Source: Nitrospirota bacterium
Lineage (GTDB): Bacteria; Nitrospirota; UBA9217
NCBI GenBank assembly: GCA_963737155.1
Contig: CAVTRN010000002.1
Location: 640,001-704,000 of the forward strand
Direction of reading: 5' to 3'
Length of the DNA: 64,000 bases
The translations under genes were made by a program, and so were the position numbers. Under the pieces are notes generated by a model. It was not told where the DNA came from. It was given only the letters and a program-made list of their open reading frames with translations, and made no database searches. Below, one piece after another: positions 60,808 through 64,000 of this stretch (the stretch's first letter is position 1; every line of letters begins with the position of its first letter).

Positions 60808-61872
60808 ATGACTGACAGTATGAACGGACTTGAAAGAATAGCGACAGCTTTCCAGATGAAGGAAGCGGACAGGGTCCCGGTTGCGCCCCTGGTATGCGGA
60901 GCGACTCATCGGGCTGCAGGTATGACATATGGCGAATGGTCACGGATGACGGATGTCGATGCAATGGTAAGAGGCCATGTAGATTCGCTGGATCTTATAG
61001 GACATGACGGCGTCGTGATGCTTGTCGATCTGTCCGTAGAGGCCCAGACTTTTGGATGCGAAGTCATTTTCCCCGAAAACGACACAGCACACCCGAATTA
61101 CGATGACCCATTCATCAAAGGCCCCGAAGATTACAAAAAAATCAAGAAGATCAACCCGAGGAAAACAGGAAGAATGAAAGGCGTGATTGACCTCACATCG
61201 GGACTGTCCAAAGTGATCGGCAAAACCCATGGGATCGTGGGGTTCGTATATGGGTCCCTGGGGGTGCTGAGCATGATGCGCGGACCCGAGGCCTTCTTCA
61301 TGGACTTGATGGAACACCCGAAAGAGGTCATGGATGCCGTAAATATCATGGATGAGGCGCTTATAGATTACGCCGTGGCCCAGGCCGAGGCGGGAGCACA
61401 TTCTGTCTGCTATGACAACCTCTATGCATCCCAGAGCATTCTGAGCAAGGAACTTTGGGAAAAGTTCGAAGGACCATCGGTAAAGAAGGTATGCGATGCA
61501 ATACGCAAGGCAGGGGCCTTCGTGAGCTTTCACAATTGCGGCAACGGCATCTACTTCGATATGACAGAAAAATGGGGAAACCCCACAGCCATCTCCCATG
61601 CCTATGTAGCCGACGATGTGGACAGCTGGGAAGAGCATAAAGCCAAGTGGGGGAAGAAGATTACCACAATTGGATGGGTGCCGCCGGGACCGGTTGCGAT
61701 GCTCGGCACGCCCGAAGAAATAGAGGAGGAATGCAAGGCCGAGCTTGAGATTTTTGCAAAAGGCGGAGGATTTATTCTGTCTACGGGATGCGAGTTCGGG
61801 CCGAACGCGCCTCTCAGGAACGCAAAGAGGATCGTGGAAGCGTCCAAGAAATACGGTGTGTACCGGAAGTAG
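60808..61872 (+). CDS. MtaA/CmuA-family (UroD-fold) corrinoid methyltransferase 2
   Basis: AGGAGG RBS; DRVPVAP, DLSVEAQTFG, MMRG; zinc motif FHNCG…STGCE; GGFIL. Confidence 0.88.
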   Translation: MTDSMNGLERIATAFQMKEADRVPVAPLVCGATHRAAGMTYGEWSRMTDVDAMVRGHVDSLDLIGHDGVVMLVDLSVEAQTFGCEVIFPENDTAHPNYDDPFIKGPEDYKKIKKINPRKTGRMKGVIDLTSGLSKVIGKTHGIVGFVYGSLGVLSMMRGPEAFFMDLMEHPKEVMDAVNIMDEALIDYAVAQAEAGAHSVCYDNLYASQSILSKELWEKFEGPSVKKVCDAIRKAGAFVSFHNCGNGIYFDMTEKWGNPTAISHAYVADDVDSWEEHKAKWGKKITTIGWVPPGPVAMLGTPEEIEEECKAELEIFAKGGGFILSTGCEFGPNAPLRNAKRIVEASKKYGVYRK

Positions 61873-62031
61873 ACGCAATACGGTTCCCTTTTTGCCGGGG
61901 CGGGAATGACCATCGTTTTAGCGATTGAGGAACGATAACGCAATCGGGAACCAGGCGCAAGACTCCCTGCAGCGGAGTTGCAGGATGTAAATTCTATGAG
62001 CTGAAGCAAATCACGATAAGGAGATAAAAAC

Positions 62032-62703
62032 ATGGCTACGGAAGAAAAAGAGAAAGAGCTCATCAAGAGACTTCAAGAGGCGGTGATCAACTTCAAAGTG
62101 GAGGATTCGCGGAAGGCGGCCCAGGAGGCCGTCGCGGTTGGCGCAAACGCCTATCGGATGACGATGGAGGGTCTTGCGGGAGGGATGGAGGTCGTAAGCC
62201 AGAAGTTCGACTGCCATGAGTATTTCGTGCCTGAGACCCTACTCTGTGCGAAGGCGCTTTATGCTGCGCTCGACGTCCTGAAACCTCATATCAAGGTCGA
62301 GGGAGAAGTAAAAAAAGGGCAGGTCGTTCTCGGTGTTATGCAGGGTGATGTCCACGATCTCGGAAAAAACCTCATCAAGGCCATCTTCGAGGCTTCTGGC
62401 TGGACCGTGCATGACCTTGGTCGGGATGTCCCGCTCAATAAATTCGTGGAAGAGCAGCTCAAGACTGACTCCGACATCATCATGCTCTCCGCCATGATGA
62501 CGACTTCGATGGTGGGCATCAAGAAGCTAATCCCGATGATCAAGGAGAAGAACCCGAAAGTGAAGATCATGATCGGGGGCGCTCCGGTGACCGAGAAAGC
62601 TGTTGAGGAGTACGGCGCCGATACCACGGCCGACAACGCGCCGAATGCCCTCAAGGAAGCGATGAAGATGCTCGACACCCTGAGAAAGGGAAAGGCAGCA
62701 TAG
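62032..62703 (+). CDS. Methyltransferase corrinoid protein (MtaC/MtbC/MttC-like)
   Basis: N-terminal cap domain (EYFVPE); B12 motif GDVHDLGKN; LSAMMTTSM; MIGGAP. Confidence 0.93.
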   Translation: MATEEKEKELIKRLQEAVINFKVEDSRKAAQEAVAVGANAYRMTMEGLAGGMEVVSQKFDCHEYFVPETLLCAKALYAALDVLKPHIKVEGEVKKGQVVLGVMQGDVHDLGKNLIKAIFEASGWTVHDLGRDVPLNKFVEEQLKTDSDIIMLSAMMTTSMVGIKKLIPMIKEKNPKVKIMIGGAPVTEKAVEEYGADTTADNAPNALKEAMKMLDTLRKGKAA

Positions 62704-62849
62704 GAAGATAGAGGCCCTCAAACCCGCAGTTTATCCGCGAGAAGCCTGACTGTCGGGGAGCGTGCAGAAGAATGCAGGTGAGGTTATCACGCTTGGAGTT
62801 ACACAGCTGACACCGCGGACAGCATGTTTGTGAGGAGGATTAAGGGGAT

Positions 62850-64000
62850 ATGGATCATACGATTATTTTTCAGCCCTCTGGCCGGCGCGGCCAGGTACCG
62901 GAAGGCACCACCATTCTCGATGCGGCGAGAAGGCTGGGGGTGGGCATCGAGGCAGTATGCGGAGAGCAGCTCGTGTGCGGAAAGTGCCGCGTCAAGGTGA
63001 TGGAGGGGAATTTCCCGAAGGAAGGCATAACATCCTCCATGAGTCACCTGAGTGGGCTTGACGAGAAGGAGATAAAAGTCCTGAAGCGCAAGGACTCCGA
63101 TGAGCATCTCCGCCTGGCCTGTTCTACAAAAATCCTAGGGGATGTGCTCGTCTTTGTTCCCGAGGCCAGCCGTACGGGAAAGCAGGTCGTGAGCAAAGCG
63201 GCCGGAGCGATCAAGGTCACGCTGAAGCCGGCCGTAAAAAAATATTACATCGAGCTTCCGGAGCCGGCTCTTGGCGATCCGCTCGGAGATTTCGAGCGGG
63301 TCGAGAACGTTCTTGCAAAAAAGCACGGACTGAAGCGGCTCTCCATTGATTACCGCACCCTCCAGAAACTTCCTGATGTGGCCAGAAAGGGCGAGTGGAA
63401 GATTACGGTAACGGTGTGGAACAATGCGGAGATCATCAGGGTCGAACCGGGCAGGGTCGAAACGAATATCGGTCTAGCCGTTGACATCGGCACGACAACC
63501 GTGGCAGGCTACCTGACAGACCTCAATACCGGTAAAGTGCTCATAACGGAGTCGATGATGAACCCCCAGGTGCGTTACGGGGAAGACGTCATGTCCCGCA
63601 TCACCTACTGTATGATGAATGAGACGTCGGGCCTTAAGGAGCTGCAGGATACAATCATCGAGGGGCTGAATACGATCGCAAAACAGTCCGCGGAAAAGGC
63701 GGGATTTACTGCGGAAGACATCAGCGAAATGACTCTCGTGGGAAACACCGCCATGCATCACATCCTCCTTGGGATCAATCCTGAGTTTACCGGGGTGGCG
63801 CCTTTTACCCCGGCCCTCCATCGCTCCGTCGATGTCAAGGCGGACCGGTTCGGGATCCAGATCCTTCCCTCGGGCAATATCCATGTGTTACCTATCGAGG
63901 CGGGCTTCGTGGGTGCGGACAATGTGGGTTGCCTTCTTGCCGATGCTCCTCACAAGCGCAAGGAGATGACGCTTCTCATCGACATCGGCACCAACGGGGA
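62850..64000 (+). CDS. ATP-dependent corrinoid reductive activase (RACo/RamA-like, ASKHA with N-terminal 2Fe-2S); truncated by the window end
   Basis: Absent from the ORF track because it has no stop in the window. Manual translation: MDHTIIFQPSGRRG…CGEQLVCGKC…RLAC…AVDIGTTT…NPQVRYGEDVMSRI…GNTAMHH…GFVGAD…IDIGTNG. Confidence 0.92.
   Translation, partial: MDHTIIFQPSGRRGQVPEGTTILDAARRLGVGIEAVCGEQLVCGKCRVKVMEGNFPKEGITSSMSHLSGLDEKEIKVLKRKDSDEHLRLACSTKILGDVLVFVPEASRTGKQVVSKAAGAIKVTLKPAVKKYYIELPEPALGDPLGDFERVENVLAKKHGLKRLSIDYRTLQKLPDVARKGEWKITVTVWNNAEIIRVEPGRVETNIGLAVDIGTTTVAGYLTDLNTGKVLITESMMNPQVRYGEDVMSRITYCMMNETSGLKELQDTIIEGLNTIAKQSAEKAGFTAEDISEMTLVGNTAMHHILLGINPEFTGVAPFTPALHRSVDVKADRFGIQILPSGNIHVLPIEAGFVGADNVGCLLADAPHKRKEMTLLIDIGTNG

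Noticed and set aside
54113-62703. hemE (uroporphyrinogen decarboxylase) or hgcA mercury methylase
   Set aside because: The HxC…C zinc motif and corrinoid/RACo neighbours indicate MtaA-type methyltransferases; the corrinoid protein has DxHxxG, not the HgcA cap-helix motif, and no TM domain.
1-64000. CRISPR array, tRNA, rRNA
   Set aside because: No regularly spaced direct repeats, cloverleaf or rRNA-like sequence seen by eye.

Overview
Bacterial chromosomal window with no rRNA, tRNA or CRISPR array recognised. Gene content (corrinoid methyltransferases, a B12 radical SAM enzyme, a U32 Fe-S protein, a c-type cytochrome) suggests an anaerobe or microaerophile; Nitrospirota- or Desulfobacterota-like is a guess only. 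From left to right: (1) 0-17 kb: a frameshifted M16 peptidase, degP, an O-methyltransferase, a MITE, an AttH-like lipocalin with an ABC exporter, and a 1931-aa CheB-CheR-PAS-GAF histidine kinase with its response regulator. (2) 17-25 kb: a decayed mobile-element zone (IS110 remnant, IS200/IS605 tnpA element, group II intron 5' fragment, dead IS4, intact IS1380 with a TAAAT target duplication) around yjgA, a STAS protein and an AT-rich dcd. (3) gltB, a cytochrome c and LysE. (4) 32.9-39.0 kb: a tightly packed six-gene lipid/polyketide operon (methyltransferase, U32 Fe-S protein, ACP, FabF-type KS, B12 radical SAM, type III PKS), proposed as an O2-independent alkylresorcinol/alkylquinone pathway. 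(5) 43-49 kb: a lysine catabolic cluster (ALDH7, lat, FAD-linked 2-hydroxyacid dehydrogenase) with an unannotated protein that looks like a divergent 2-oxoadipate dioxygenase (HglS/HPPD-like). (6) 49.6-64 kb: metF, a soluble 4-PAS two-component system, and a corrinoid methyl-transfer operon that embeds a CbbQ/NorQ AAA+ and VWA chaperone pair, a split G3E GTPase and Cys-rich proteins, and runs off the window end. All functional calls come from motif reading, not database searches.
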